A stretch of DNA of 64,000 bases from a virus, in IMG/VR virus record IMGVR_UViG_3300029429_000001, positions 29,965 through 93,964 of that record. The stretch is one strand, 5' to 3'. Below are positions 1-8,664 of the stretch, piece by piece. A program made the position numbers and the translations under genes. The notes beneath the pieces were generated by a model. That model worked only from the letters and a program-made list of their open reading frames with translations, made no database searches and was not told the DNA's origin. How positions within the stretch are numbered: the stretch's first letter is position 1; each line of letters opens with the position of its first letter.

Positions 1-187
1 CCCGTTCGATTTCAATTTGTGCCTGGTAGGATTCGACACTGGCCTGCAGGTCTTCATTGGCAAGCACTAGGCCGGCGTTATCAGATACATGGCCGGCGAT
101 CGTTTGCTGTTGGCTCTCAAACAGCGAGTACAGGCCGTAAGCCATACCCGCCAGCATAAGAACCAGGACTAATACAAAACGGATCAT
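1..187 (-). CDS. putative i-spanin (Rz-like), 3' end outside window
   Basis: Read by hand: ATG overlaps the endolysin stop (TAATG). MIRFVLVLVLMLAGMAYGLYSLFESQQQ...LANEDLQASVESYQAQIEIER is an N-terminal TM helix plus coiled coil, directly after the endolysin. Confidence 0.65.
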   Translation of the reverse strand, partial: MIRFVLVLVLMLAGMAYGLYSLFESQQQTIAGHVSDNAGLVLANEDLQASVESYQAQIEIER

Positions 188-780
188 TAGCCCTGCCCCT
201 TCAACAACAGGTAAAAGCCACTAATGCCCTTAACGTAGTTAATGGTTTCAACACTATGAAAACCGGTTATCTCAGGGAGGCATTTGATAATGCAGGCATA
301 CAGTGAGGGCATACCGCACTGCTTTTGAGCCTTAAGGAGGTTGCCGGCTCCAGCGTTGTAAGATGCAAGGCCTAGGGCTTTACGATCGCTGGCGGGTCTT
401 GGGCTGGTCCAGAAAGACTCCCGGCCGGCCTGGTAGAATGCCGCAGCCATGATGTTGGCGGTCGGGTCGAATGGATCTATATGGCAGATAAGTAACGGCT
501 GACAGATATCGGCCCACGTTGCCGGCATGATCTGGCCTAAGCCCCGGGCCCCAACAGGCGATACAGCACCAGGTTTAAGCCGGCTTTCCTGTATCAATTG
601 TGCCTTTAACCAATCGCAGTCCTGGCCAATAAGAAAACGGCGCGACTGCTTACAGATCTCAGCATCATATTTGTCTGTGTATCCGCCAGCACTGGCCTTG
701 ATCGATATCGCCAGGCTTAGCATCATGGCCAGGAGAATGGCCAGCACAAACCAAGCGACGGTATCAGACTTGATCCTCAT
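187..780 (-). CDS. endolysin, SLT-family lytic transglycosylase with N-terminal signal
   Basis: QES catalytic motif, AVSPVGARGLGQIMPATW and ALGLASYNAG motifs; hydrophobic N-terminus ending ASA. Confidence 0.9.
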   Translation of the reverse strand: MRIKSDTVAWFVLAILLAMMLSLAISIKASAGGYTDKYDAEICKQSRRFLIGQDCDWLKAQLIQESRLKPGAVSPVGARGLGQIMPATWADICQPLLICHIDPFDPTANIMAAAFYQAGRESFWTSPRPASDRKALGLASYNAGAGNLLKAQKQCGMPSLYACIIKCLPEITGFHSVETINYVKGISGFYLLLKGQG

Positions 781-789
781 GCCTATCCC

Positions 790-1065
790 CTATGACGAAC
801 TGAGCAGGAAGGCAGCAAATATCAAGATCGCCGGATAGCGTATGCAGTAGTAATACCCCAGCACTCGCATTGGCTGGTAATGGCTTTGGTCGTTAGCCTT
901 GGCCTTTGTGATTACGATTTCACGCCAGGCGTTAAACCCACCATCCGATCGCTTATCCATCCAGCTCAATAGGAAGTGGATACCCATAGAGGCCACCAGG
1001 AACAAGGTGAGCTTAATCAGCATTGAGATAAGCGCGGTCGAAGTCATAAGCTCAAGATTAAGCAT
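790..1065 (-). CDS. putative holin (two TM helices)
   Basis: Small, two hydrophobic segments, immediately upstream of the endolysin; ATG at 1065 overlaps the end of the upstream gene. Confidence 0.55.
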   Translation of the reverse strand: MLNLELMTSTALISMLIKLTLFLVASMGIHFLLSWMDKRSDGGFNAWREIVITKAKANDQSHYQPMRVLGYYYCIRYPAILIFAAFLLSSS

Positions 1066-1597
1066 GGTCAGCACTCCCCAATACATCCGCATAGGCAGCG
1101 ATGGCGGGCTCTGCTTTGTAGTAGCAAGGGGATTTCAGGACCTTGCCTTTCTTATAGAATTTTTGGCCGATCGTTTGATCTTTAGCAGAGATGAATACAA
1201 TTAAACCGCTATTGGCCTGGACCTGTTCAGTCTTAATGCCACGCCCGGAGAAATGAACAAGGGCTTGCTCCACTTCCGCCGCACTGGCGCAAAATTTAGA
1301 GTCATTGGAATCACAAACCAGGTCCATCACCACATCAGGATCAAACCCTAGACGGCGCATGGCCTCAGCTGAGGTAAAAATAAGATCCGCCAGCTCTTTT
1401 ACTGCAGCAACAGTATCAACACGCAAGGCGTCGGTTTCAGTTGTGGTCTCCACAAACTCTTCAGATACAAAGGCCATTTGAGTGGCTAAGGCCGCAAGAT
1501 CAGGGGTGCCAAGGGGTTTGTGGCTGTTTCCCGCGTCCTCATTCCATTGAACCGCTCTAGCTAAAGTAGATGGTGCGTGCGCTTGGTTGGTGTGCAT
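1058..1597 (-). CDS. MazG-like (all-alpha) nucleotide pyrophosphohydrolase
   Basis: EEFVE...KELADL metal-binding motif, V.DSN.SK and GKVLKS motifs. Confidence 0.82.
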   Translation of the reverse strand: MHTNQAHAPSTLARAVQWNEDAGNSHKPLGTPDLAALATQMAFVSEEFVETTTETDALRVDTVAAVKELADLIFTSAEAMRRLGFDPDVVMDLVCDSNDSKFCASAAEVEQALVHFSGRGIKTEQVQANSGLIVFISAKDQTIGQKFYKKGKVLKSPCYYKAEPAIAAYADVLGSADHA

Positions 1598-1677
1598 TCA
1601 GTGCCCTTAGAATCTTGTAATTATTACAATGTTAGGTAACATTGGCCCCGTTCGCGCCTCAGCGAACTACAAGCCGC

Positions 1678-1724
1678 ACGCTATCACAGATCGTTTTCGC
1701 AAAAACAACAGGCGAATGTGTGTT
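1678..1724 (-). promoter_or_regulatory. putative late promoter (lysis operon)
   Basis: AACACACATTCG-N29-TAGCGT; same spacing as four other copies. Confidence 0.75.
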
Positions 1725-1734
1725 ATTACTGAGG

Positions 1735-1751
1735 CATGCACAAGGTGCACA
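1735..1751. promoter_or_regulatory. degenerate operator CATGCA-N5-TGCACA
   Basis: Near match to the TGTGCA-N5-TGCACA palindrome found at other promoter regions. Confidence 0.45.
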
Positions 1752-1773
1752 TAATTACTGAATTGCAGGCATG

Positions 1774-1801
1774 AAAAAGGCCGCACTAAGCGACCTTTTT
1801 T
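1774..1801. terminator. intrinsic terminator-like hairpin
   Basis: AAAAAGGCCGC-ACTAA-GCGACCTTTTTT. Confidence 0.5.
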
Positions 1802-1904
1802 AATGAAATACTGTAACTGTCTCCCCCTGGGTTAACGGCCCTAGGGAGAATCAAGTGTGAACTGGAGCGCGATAATCGATGACTAGAACCGCAAGAGAAC
1901 AAAC

Positions 1905-2207
1905 ATGACCCATAACCGAATGTTACGGCAGCCCAGCAATGGTACCCAGCATGGTCCACAAGATCAAACCCGCCACATCAATAACGCATATCTAATTGCC
2001 TACATGGCAAAGTTAAACTTCACTGCTGAGCGCATGGCCGATATCGCGATGTGTTCCCAAAGCTCAATAGAAGGCTATCGATCGAGTCCAGGCACTAGCC
2101 GGTACCAGGTACTAAAAAATAAGAACCTGGTCTTTATCGATACCATGATCATAGCTGGCAGATTCGCTACCAAAGAACGCCTGGCAGAAATTAAGGCCGG
2201 CGCATGA
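1905..2207 (+). CDS. putative HTH DNA-binding protein
   Basis: TAERMADIAMCSQSSIEGYR resembles an XRE-type HTH. Confidence 0.5.
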   Translation: MTHNRMLRQPSNGTQHGPQDQTRHINNAYLIAYMAKLNFTAERMADIAMCSQSSIEGYRSSPGTSRYQVLKNKNLVFIDTMIIAGRFATKERLAEIKAGA

Positions 2208-2590
2208 ATGACCACGCCAGCATCGATATCATAGGCCTCACAATGGGGGGCGACGCTATGATCATGATCACGGACTTAGGCCTAGATGATCATCTAACCG
2301 CCATGGATGATATAGAAAATATTATCCCTCAAGCGATCGACGGTTTACCCGATGGCCTGCCTGGCGTGATTTTGATCGCTGTAAAAACCAGCCTTGGCAT
2401 CTGGCACGGCATTAGGACTGACAAAAATTATGACTTCCTGGGCTTTGTGGACCTGCTAGCTCAGCCACCAGGCGGCTTATCCAATCACCAGCTTGGCCAC
2501 TTCCTATTTTCACAGCAAAAAATGCTTGAGATTGCATGCCGGGCAAACGAGGAAAACTCAGACATAAGCCCGGATCGAGTACTTCACTAA
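2204..2590 (+). CDS. hypothetical protein
   Basis: ATGA overlap with the upstream gene. Confidence 0.7.
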   Translation: MNDHASIDIIGLTMGGDAMIMITDLGLDDHLTAMDDIENIIPQAIDGLPDGLPGVILIAVKTSLGIWHGIRTDKNYDFLGFVDLLAQPPGGLSNHQLGHFLFSQQKMLEIACRANEENSDISPDRVLH

Positions 2591-2591
2591 C

Positions 2592-2837
2592 ATGTACGAA
2601 TCCACAACCTCTCAAGTCAGGAAAGAAAAGGTAAAGAAAATCTGCCTTATGGAACCTGAGGAAATTGAGGAGACGGTGGCATACAGATTGGGAATAGTCA
2701 GATCCGCCCAAGGTGGCAAGCTCCATCCCCGTCCTGAGCGTATGACCAAATTCATGTTTAGCCTTTTTAGGTGCGGCTATCTCGATGAAGAAATGGCCAA
2801 AAACGAGATTAAACAGCGCAGAAAATCGCGCCACTAG
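2592..2837 (+). CDS. hypothetical protein
   Basis: Tight operon packing. Confidence 0.65.
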   Translation: MYESTTSQVRKEKVKKICLMEPEEIEETVAYRLGIVRSAQGGKLHPRPERMTKFMFSLFRCGYLDEEMAKNEIKQRRKSRH

Positions 2838-2846
2838 GTAATAACC

Positions 2847-3125
2847 ATGAGTCAATCGGATCGACAAAAAGCCCTGGATCGACAGGCGGCCCTGAAGGTC
2901 ATTAAAAAACCCATCAAGTGCACTGAGGATATCGTGTCGATCGCCAAGCGAGAGGGCGCCTTTGTGGTCCTGAAGAAAGAGCGGCAGCTAGTGGAATGGG
3001 CCATGAAAGCAGTCAAGCGAGGCGTGCTCAAACAGATTGCCCATCGTAGTTATGGGGACCATATACGTTTTGAGCCCGAATTCACCACCACCGATACAGG
3101 GGGTAAAAATTATGCCTGGTATTAA
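2847..3125 (+). CDS. hypothetical basic protein
   Basis: Tight operon packing, AGGT RBS. Confidence 0.65.
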   Translation: MSQSDRQKALDRQAALKVIKKPIKCTEDIVSIAKREGAFVVLKKERQLVEWAMKAVKRGVLKQIAHRSYGDHIRFEPEFTTTDTGGKNYAWY

Positions 3126-3444
3126 TCCCCTAGCGATCGGCCTAAGCGACGATGAGATTTTTATCCTGGGCAGGCCTAATTATTCCTGTGCGAGGATCGC
3201 GCAGATACTTATCGCCGCCGATATGTACAAAAACAAAGAGCGCCGGGCAGAATACGAGCAAGCTGTATTTATTCACTGGTCACAAAAGCTATTGAAAAAG
3301 CACGGTAAGAATTGGCGCAAAGAGGCATCGATAATTATAGAGCAGTGCGAAAACAGAATTGAAGCCAAGCGCCAGGTGGCAGAAAAGAAATCGCTCCAGG
3401 CAGAAAAAAGCCCGGCACCAGGCCAGGCTAACCAAACTCACTAA
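3112..3444 (+). CDS. hypothetical protein
   Basis: ATG at 3112 follows an AGGGG RBS. Confidence 0.65.
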   Translation: MPGINPLAIGLSDDEIFILGRPNYSCARIAQILIAADMYKNKERRAEYEQAVFIHWSQKLLKKHGKNWRKEASIIIEQCENRIEAKRQVAEKKSLQAEKSPAPGQANQTH

Positions 3445-3788
3445 ACCGGCTGCAATTCCCGGGGGAGCTCCGACAGGGGTACTCCCCTATTGTATTCATC
3501 ACCAGGGGAATACTGTTCCGCCCATAGTGGACCCTTCCTAACAATAAAATCCTCGGGCTCATTCATAAGCGCGTCAAACACGTTATAAGCCCCTTTAGCC
3601 TCGGCAAGGGTACCAAAGCAATAGCGATAGCTGTAACCGCCCTTGGTGATCCCCACAATAAGCCCTATCGTATAGGCAAAGCGGTATAAGCAGCATAAAT
3701 GGCCATCCACCACCTTAAAATCGTAATACCCCCACTTAGAGTGGAACTCCAGCTCTTCAGCTGGTACGTCTTCAATCCCCTGGTACAT
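3441..3788 (-). CDS. hypothetical phage protein
   Basis: Last gene of the leftward early operon. Confidence 0.65.
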   Translation of the reverse strand: MYQGIEDVPAEELEFHSKWGYYDFKVVDGHLCCLYRFAYTIGLIVGITKGGYSYRYCFGTLAEAKGAYNVFDALMNEPEDFIVRKGPLWAEQYSPGDEYNRGVPLSELPRELQPV

Positions 3789-3987
3789 CAGCTTTAAACC
3801 CGTTGTAAGTTTTGGATTTCTCTATGCAGCCGGCATTGTCATTACAATAGCGCACGTTTTCTAAAAGCATGCCTACAGGCAATCCATTCTCAGCACTGCG
3901 ATCATGAGTGACCACACCGATTTTATTGTCTGGTCGAGTGACCCCGCAGAGATGGCACGTCCAGGTCATAGTGCTAGGATCAAACAT
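3772..3987 (-). CDS. small Cys-rich protein, possibly Zn-binding
   Basis: WTCHLC...RYCNDNAGC; ATG at 3987. Confidence 0.6.
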   Translation of the reverse strand: MFDPSTMTWTCHLCGVTRPDNKIGVVTHDRSAENGLPVGMLLENVRYCNDNAGCIEKSKTYNGFKADVPGD

Positions 3988-4204
3988 CGCTAATACCCAG
4001 CCCCCAAAATAAGAACTGAAACGCGACACCGGTACCCAAAATGGCACAGATCCAGAATACCGGGTTAAACAGAAAACTATCGGCACGCTTCAAATTGAGA
4101 TCGCGCACCACCTCTATCACTGCCATGTGTTCATCCCACAGGATTTCAATCTCTTCAGCAGTGGCACCCTCGGGTATTTTTGGTGCTGGCGGGTATTTTT
4201 TCAT
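3980..4204 (-). CDS. small membrane protein
   Basis: C-terminal TM helix. Confidence 0.6.
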   Translation of the reverse strand: MKKYPPAPKIPEGATAEEIEILWDEHMAVIEVVRDLNLKRADSFLFNPVFWICAILGTGVAFQFLFWGLGISDV

Positions 4205-4275
4205 TCTTCGATCTCATGTGGTGATACCAAAAAACCGCAATAAAGCGGTTTAGTGTTTTACATTAACGGTATGCG

Positions 4276-4512
4276 TTAGCCTTGAAAGTCTTGAATATAG
4301 GACCGGTACCACTTGCGACAAATAGCCTCAAAGTCGGCTTGAATGTCACCAGCATAAGATAACGTGCTGCCCATAGTTCCGCCGCCGCTGCATATTTGCT
4401 TGCCTAGCGTGCCTGGAGCGCCGTTTAGATCGGCGTATATATATTCGCTTCCAGGGCGGGAAAACGTGATTTTCTTATCAAGTTTTTTGCTGGAAATAAT
4501 TAGATCATCCAT
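4276..4512 (-). CDS. hypothetical phage protein
   Basis: GAGGA RBS, operon position. Confidence 0.65.
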   Translation of the reverse strand: MDDLIISSKKLDKKITFSRPGSEYIYADLNGAPGTLGKQICSGGGTMGSTLSYAGDIQADFEAICRKWYRSYIQDFQG

Positions 4513-4516
4513 GTTA

Positions 4517-4837
4517 CTAATCCTCTTTAGGTTTGTTTTGGTACCTGGTTTTTATCACAACTGGCGTCAATACGACCGCAAAGCCCCCTCCACGAAATAC
4601 CCTCTCAAGCGTATCGGATTGGGGAGCGTATGCCCTGCCACTTTCAGCCGGCGTAAGATCTTTTATACGGGCAATTGTGGTAGCAGACAACCCGGTCATA
4701 TCGGACAACTGGGTATCTTTAGCATCCATATTATTCAACATATCGGAGGCGATCTCCTTAAATCCTCGGGTCGAATTTCCGCCAGCGTTAAGATTCATTT
4801 TCTTGTTAAACGCAGCTGTAAAAGGATTACTTGCCAT
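4517..4837 (-). CDS. XRE-family HTH protein
   Basis: DTQLSDMTGLSATTIARI...PQSDTLERV. Confidence 0.7.
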   Translation of the reverse strand: MASNPFTAAFNKKMNLNAGGNSTRGFKEIASDMLNNMDAKDTQLSDMTGLSATTIARIKDLTPAESGRAYAPQSDTLERVFRGGGFAVVLTPVVIKTRYQNKPKED

Positions 4838-5285
4838 TTTTTAGCTCCTCTTCTTGCGCGTCCAGCTGGGCAAGGTAAACCCCTATAGTCGTGTGAACAT
4901 TCCGCAGGACTTGAATGTGTTCCGCGCCGGCTTTCATGATTGACGATATCACTTCGACTGCCATCGCATTCTGAGTGGTCATCTTAATTGCGGGCGCTTT
5001 AGTAGTGGCCGGCAATGAACTAGCCAATGACGCTTCGATTTCTGGCACGGTCTCGACAGTATCACGGTGACTATTGAGCCATTTTTTACCGCTGGCGGTT
5101 AGCGCGTAAACAAAACCGTCATGACCTTTCACCTTTTTTTTGCTCGCATGTTTTGCGCCAAACAATCGATACAGTAATGCAGAGGTAGGAATACCCTTGG
5201 CGGTAAAACCAGATTTTTCGCGCAATTCAGGGGAGGTGCACGGGCCGTGCTGTTCTAATAATGCTGCCATCGATACTAATTTCAT
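4827..5285 (-). CDS. putative winged-helix DNA-binding protein
   Basis: GPCTSPEL...FVYALTASGKKWL wing motif. Confidence 0.55.
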   Translation of the reverse strand: MKLVSMAALLEQHGPCTSPELREKSGFTAKGIPTSALLYRLFGAKHASKKKVKGHDGFVYALTASGKKWLNSHRDTVETVPEIEASLASSLPATTKAPAIKMTTQNAMAVEVISSIMKAGAEHIQVLRNVHTTIGVYLAQLDAQEEELKNGK

Positions 5286-5332
5286 TTTGTTTTGTCTTTT
5301 CTAATAAGTTGTTAATTGAAAATTGAAAATTG

Positions 5333-5527
5333 CTAAGCTTCGGCTTGGGCTGCAGCCTTTAGTGCTACAGCACCCGCCAGCATGCAATCAAACTTTGGGC
5401 GATCATCTATAAACCAATCGTGTAGCGTTCTAACCCTCACTGTTGAAATCTCAGCCATCTCAGCCAGGCTTTTAAGCCCAGCCTCCTTAGCAATATCAGC
5501 TGGACCCTTTTGTCCACTATTCGCCAT
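5333..5527 (-). CDS. small HTH-like phage protein
   Basis: AGLKSLAEMAEISTVRVRTLHDW. Confidence 0.6.
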   Translation of the reverse strand: MANSGQKGPADIAKEAGLKSLAEMAEISTVRVRTLHDWFIDDRPKFDCMLAGAVALKAAAQAEA

Positions 5528-5897
5528 TATTCGATTCCTTCAATAACGTCATAAATTTAGATTCCACATACTCAATGTACCCGTCATCCTCAGTTGAACT
5601 AATCGGCAACTTAAGAGCAGTAACCAGATCAAAAATAAATACCACTTGCTCATCGTGAGCTTTCCAGGCCTGGGCATTGGCCAAGGTAAGTATGGGCTGC
5701 AGGGATGCCAAGATTTTCTCTAAGCTGGATTCCACAAATTCAACCAGGGCCGTAGCACTATCCGCGTTATCCAAAGAGCACGGCACGTTTTGACCCGTGA
5801 TTAGATTGACGGCAAAAACGAATTTCTCATCGTCTTTTTCGTATTCCCAAGCATTGGCCATTGTCAGTGCGGGCTGTATTTGGTTTTTATAGGTCAT
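5517..5897 (-). CDS. hypothetical protein with internal duplication
   Basis: IQPALTMANA..FVFAVNLIT..EFVES recurs as LQPILTLANA..VVFIFDLVT..EYVES. Confidence 0.65.
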   Translation of the reverse strand: MTYKNQIQPALTMANAWEYEKDDEKFVFAVNLITGQNVPCSLDNADSATALVEFVESSLEKILASLQPILTLANAQAWKAHDEQVVFIFDLVTALKLPISSTEDDGYIEYVESKFMTLLKESNNGE

Positions 5898-5939
5898 GGT
5901 AAAACTCCTTTTAGTGGGGCCGGAGCCCCTGGTGACAGG

Positions 5940-6386
5940 TTACTTGCGTTTGGCAGCTATAGATTGGCATCGCTTGCAGTAACCATCACCGCCTTGGGGT
6001 TCTATGTCGGCCCCCGTCTCCTTGAAGCTTGGCAATGAAACGCCGCACAGAGTTACCTCATCACAATCGTATTCCATGATATGCGACTTAGAAAAATTGA
6101 TTGGGCGACTGTTTTCATCAAAGAAATTCCAGCCAACGCTACAAAAATCAGGCTTATCAATTTTTTCAACTTCGGGCGCAGAGTCGAAAACAGGATCATT
6201 AGTCACCTTCATTTCTTCTAAAAGCCACCCAGGCAGGTTAGGCGTCTGTTCATTGGGAGTAATACTGATAACGGTCTTGTCATCGTTTTCCAAGTAGCCA
6301 GTTAATTGGCCCTGGTCTAAAACCGTTGCTGTGTAAGTGTGGTCAGTGTACTTAATATCCACATACAAATTAGGCGTGCTATTCAT
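5940..6386 (-). CDS. hypothetical protein with C-terminal Zn finger
   Basis: GGAG RBS before ATG 6386; H...TLCG...CKRC. Confidence 0.6.
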   Translation of the reverse strand: MNSTPNLYVDIKYTDHTYTATVLDQGQLTGYLENDDKTVISITPNEQTPNLPGWLLEEMKVTNDPVFDSAPEVEKIDKPDFCSVGWNFFDENSRPINFSKSHIMEYDCDEVTLCGVSLPSFKETGADIEPQGGDGYCKRCQSIAAKRK

Positions 6387-6480
6387 CGTTTTTGCTCCAT
6401 TAGTGCCAGGGCCGTTAACCCTGTCCATGGATCTAAATATACGCGGTATTTGCATATTTACAAGCTTTTCATGATATTTA

Positions 6481-6497
6481 TGTGCATATGCTGCACA
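6481..6497. promoter_or_regulatory. operator TGTGCA-N5-TGCACA
   Basis: Perfect arms, upstream of the leftward operon starting at 6386. Confidence 0.65.
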
Positions 6498-6659
6498 CAC
6501 ACACTTTAGCCAGGCACAAAAAAGGGCCTCCAAAGAGACCCTATAAAAAATAGAAGGTATAAAAAATAGAGGGTATAACCGACAAGCCCTCCCCTTCACA
6601 ATTTGGGCAGCCGTACCGGTCCCCCTCGTTATCATGCTCGTAGTCACAGAATGGGCAGA

Positions 6660-6977
6660 TCATCGCCTGGATACCTTCCAGATATCGCCCTGGAGCTCAT
6701 CAATCGTCATCATGAGCTCATGCTTTTTATCCCACAATTTGTTGCCCATCTGCTCTTTAAGCAAAGCCATTAGCTTTTTCTCTTCAACTGCAAGCGGGCC
6801 AATGACCTCAGATAATTTCTCGTAGTCATCTTTATGAGCATCCCGGGCTTCCAGGGCTTTTTTGTGAAGCTCACCAATTTCGGCAGCCGGCGATCGCGCT
6901 ATCTTTTCTTCTAAAACCGCCAGCTTTTTTTTAAGCCTGGCGATCTCTTTATTAATCAGATCTAACGTGGCGCTCAT
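6660..6977 (-). CDS. coiled-coil hypothetical protein
   Basis: ATGA overlap, heptad pattern. Confidence 0.7.
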   Translation of the reverse strand: MSATLDLINKEIARLKKKLAVLEEKIARSPAAEIGELHKKALEARDAHKDDYEKLSEVIGPLAVEEKKLMALLKEQMGNKLWDKKHELMMTIDELQGDIWKVSRR

Positions 6978-7339
6978 TGGCCGCTCACGACGCTAACCCC
7001 ATCGACAACCTGGTTCCAGTACAGCTGCCTATATAAATTTTCGGCGGTAATGGCAACTTCATCCTCGCCATATTCAAGCACCATATCGCCATAATGAACC
7101 TCAAAAACAAGAGGCATGGCATGGCCAATAATGCTAACCACTTTCCCTTGTTTTACATTGGGCTTAAATACGATCGAGGCAGAATAAAAAGCAGCCTCAT
7201 GCTGTAGCATCTCACCACGCTCAAGCGTGAAATTAGCAGCGTCGCCACCAAGTGCATTATTTATGGCAACCATCAGCAACTCGTCGTATTGCTCCGGAGT
7301 GCGATTGGCTAGCTCTTCATCAACTGGGAATTCAGACAT
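6974..7339 (-). CDS. acidic hypothetical protein
   Basis: Overlaps both neighbours. Confidence 0.7.
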   Translation of the reverse strand: MSEFPVDEELANRTPEQYDELLMVAINNALGGDAANFTLERGEMLQHEAAFYSASIVFKPNVKQGKVVSIIGHAMPLVFEVHYGDMVLEYGEDEVAITAENLYRQLYWNQVVDGVSVVSGQ

Positions 7340-7784
7340 TAATTAATACCTCGCTTTCATTGCGGCGATTGAAATATGCAAACACCTCACTGGCATCAAT
7401 AACCAGAGTGGCAATTCCGCGCCGGCCATCCAGGGTGAATTTCTCAGCCACCTTGCGATCCAGGGTCCAGGAGATAGACGTGTCCAGTTCTTCGACCGTG
7501 TTATAGGCGCGGTAAATAGTCAGATTACCTTTAAGCCGGCGCCAGGCTTTACGCTCGCTGCCTTTCATAATCTTGTGGGAGTTTTTACGATCGGAACGTA
7601 ACAGGCGCAGCCATAAATCTTGCTGCAGGACCGTGCCACCGAATTTCCAGAGCGAGCCTAGGGTATTCCAGTAAGTAGAATCATCCTGCAGGTAGCGGTG
7701 CTTTTGAAAAAAGTACTGAGCCATCTCATGATCTTCGAGTTCAAGCATCGCATCTATAAATTTAGAGTCGTTTTGATTCGCCAT
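7332..7784 (-). CDS. putative ADP-ribosyltransferase-fold protein
   Basis: IYRA...ISWTLD...NESEV matches the R-S-E ART pattern. Confidence 0.55.
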   Translation of the reverse strand: MANQNDSKFIDAMLELEDHEMAQYFFQKHRYLQDDSTYWNTLGSLWKFGGTVLQQDLWLRLLRSDRKNSHKIMKGSERKAWRRLKGNLTIYRAYNTVEELDTSISWTLDRKVAEKFTLDGRRGIATLVIDASEVFAYFNRRNESEVLINV

Positions 7785-7875
7785 TTAGGTACCGCCGTAA
7801 TCGCCTGAGGGATCTAATACGCACTTGAATGCGCGCTATTGTTTTGGATCGTCGCTTTTGCTTTACCCGGGACAC
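7762..7875 (-). CDS. putative 37-aa Arg-rich microprotein
   Basis: GTG 1 nt after the acb2 stop; MSRVKQKRRSKTIARIQVRIRSLRRLRRYLNGESKRL fills the gap between genes. Confidence 0.4.
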   Translation of the reverse strand: MSRVKQKRRSKTIARIQVRIRSLRRLRRYLNGESKRL

Positions 7876-7876
7876 G

Positions 7877-8101
7877 CTACCACTCGGTAGGCTGGGAAAC
7901 GGCCCGCGTCATCCAACTAAGGCCTTGCTGCAGATTAGTTTTGGCCAGGCTAACTGCGCCCTGGTCGAGACCGCTAAGACTTTCCAGCATCTCAATATGA
8001 GCCTTTAATGATTTCCCCAGTTCTTTACCTGAGTTCATTAGATCTATTTGTTTTTGACTAAGATCACCATAGCCACTTATTTGCTTATGCTGGTTATCCA
8101 T
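7877..8101 (-). CDS. acb2: Acb2-like anti-CBASS cyclic-nucleotide sponge
   Basis: MDNQHKQISGY.DLSQ..IDLMN..KELG...AKTNLQQG...RAVSQP closely follows Acb2; GGAG RBS. Confidence 0.85.
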   Translation of the reverse strand: MDNQHKQISGYGDLSQKQIDLMNSGKELGKSLKAHIEMLESLSGLDQGAVSLAKTNLQQGLSWMTRAVSQPTEW

Positions 8102-8590
8102 TGTCACTCCAAAAAAAAGGCCCTAAGGCCATTTAATTATGTATTTGGTTGGCCTTCTCTTTCACCACTGGCGAAGGCCTCACCAGCTAAGACTGCCATC
8201 CAAATAACAGCCCTAATTAGTACTGCCCATACAGGCAGCTAGAAATACCGCGGCTAGGTCATTTTTAAGGGAACAAATAAAACCCAACGTGAATGCCCAC
8301 ACGCTCTAACGAGGCCCAATTGTAGGAAAGCCTCTATAACAAGAATTCTTTAAAATTCGTTACCGGTTACGCTGTCCGGACACTGGCAATGGCAGAGTAT
8401 AAAAATACCCTCAAATCCAACCAGTCGATTTATCAGGCTAATAACTTGCCCTTACTCACAGCCTTTTTAAGGACCGCTACAGGACTTCCCCCGTGGCCAA
8501 CATTTTATTTTCATAACACTAAACATCAGTACAATTGAGTTTAAGTTATTGCCAGTTAGTGACTGGCAGCACATACCTACAAGGGTATTC

Positions 8591-8664
8591 TGGAGCGGCA
8601 AGCGGGAATCGAACCCGCGTCATCAGCTTGGAAGGCTGAGGTTCTGCCATTGGACCATTGCCGC
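8591..8664 (-). tRNA. tRNA-Gly (TCC)
   Basis: GCGGCAA acceptor stem, TTCCAAG anticodon loop, GGTTCGATTCC T-arm, encoded CCA. Confidence 0.95.

Noticed and set aside
8480-8500. RNase P RNA (GGGGGAAGTCC resembles the P4 motif)
   Set aside because: The match is imperfect and no complementary 3' P4 strand was found.
8591-8664. tRNA as a prophage attachment site
   Set aside because: It is flanked by phage genes on both sides, with no duplicated 3' end or integrase seen.
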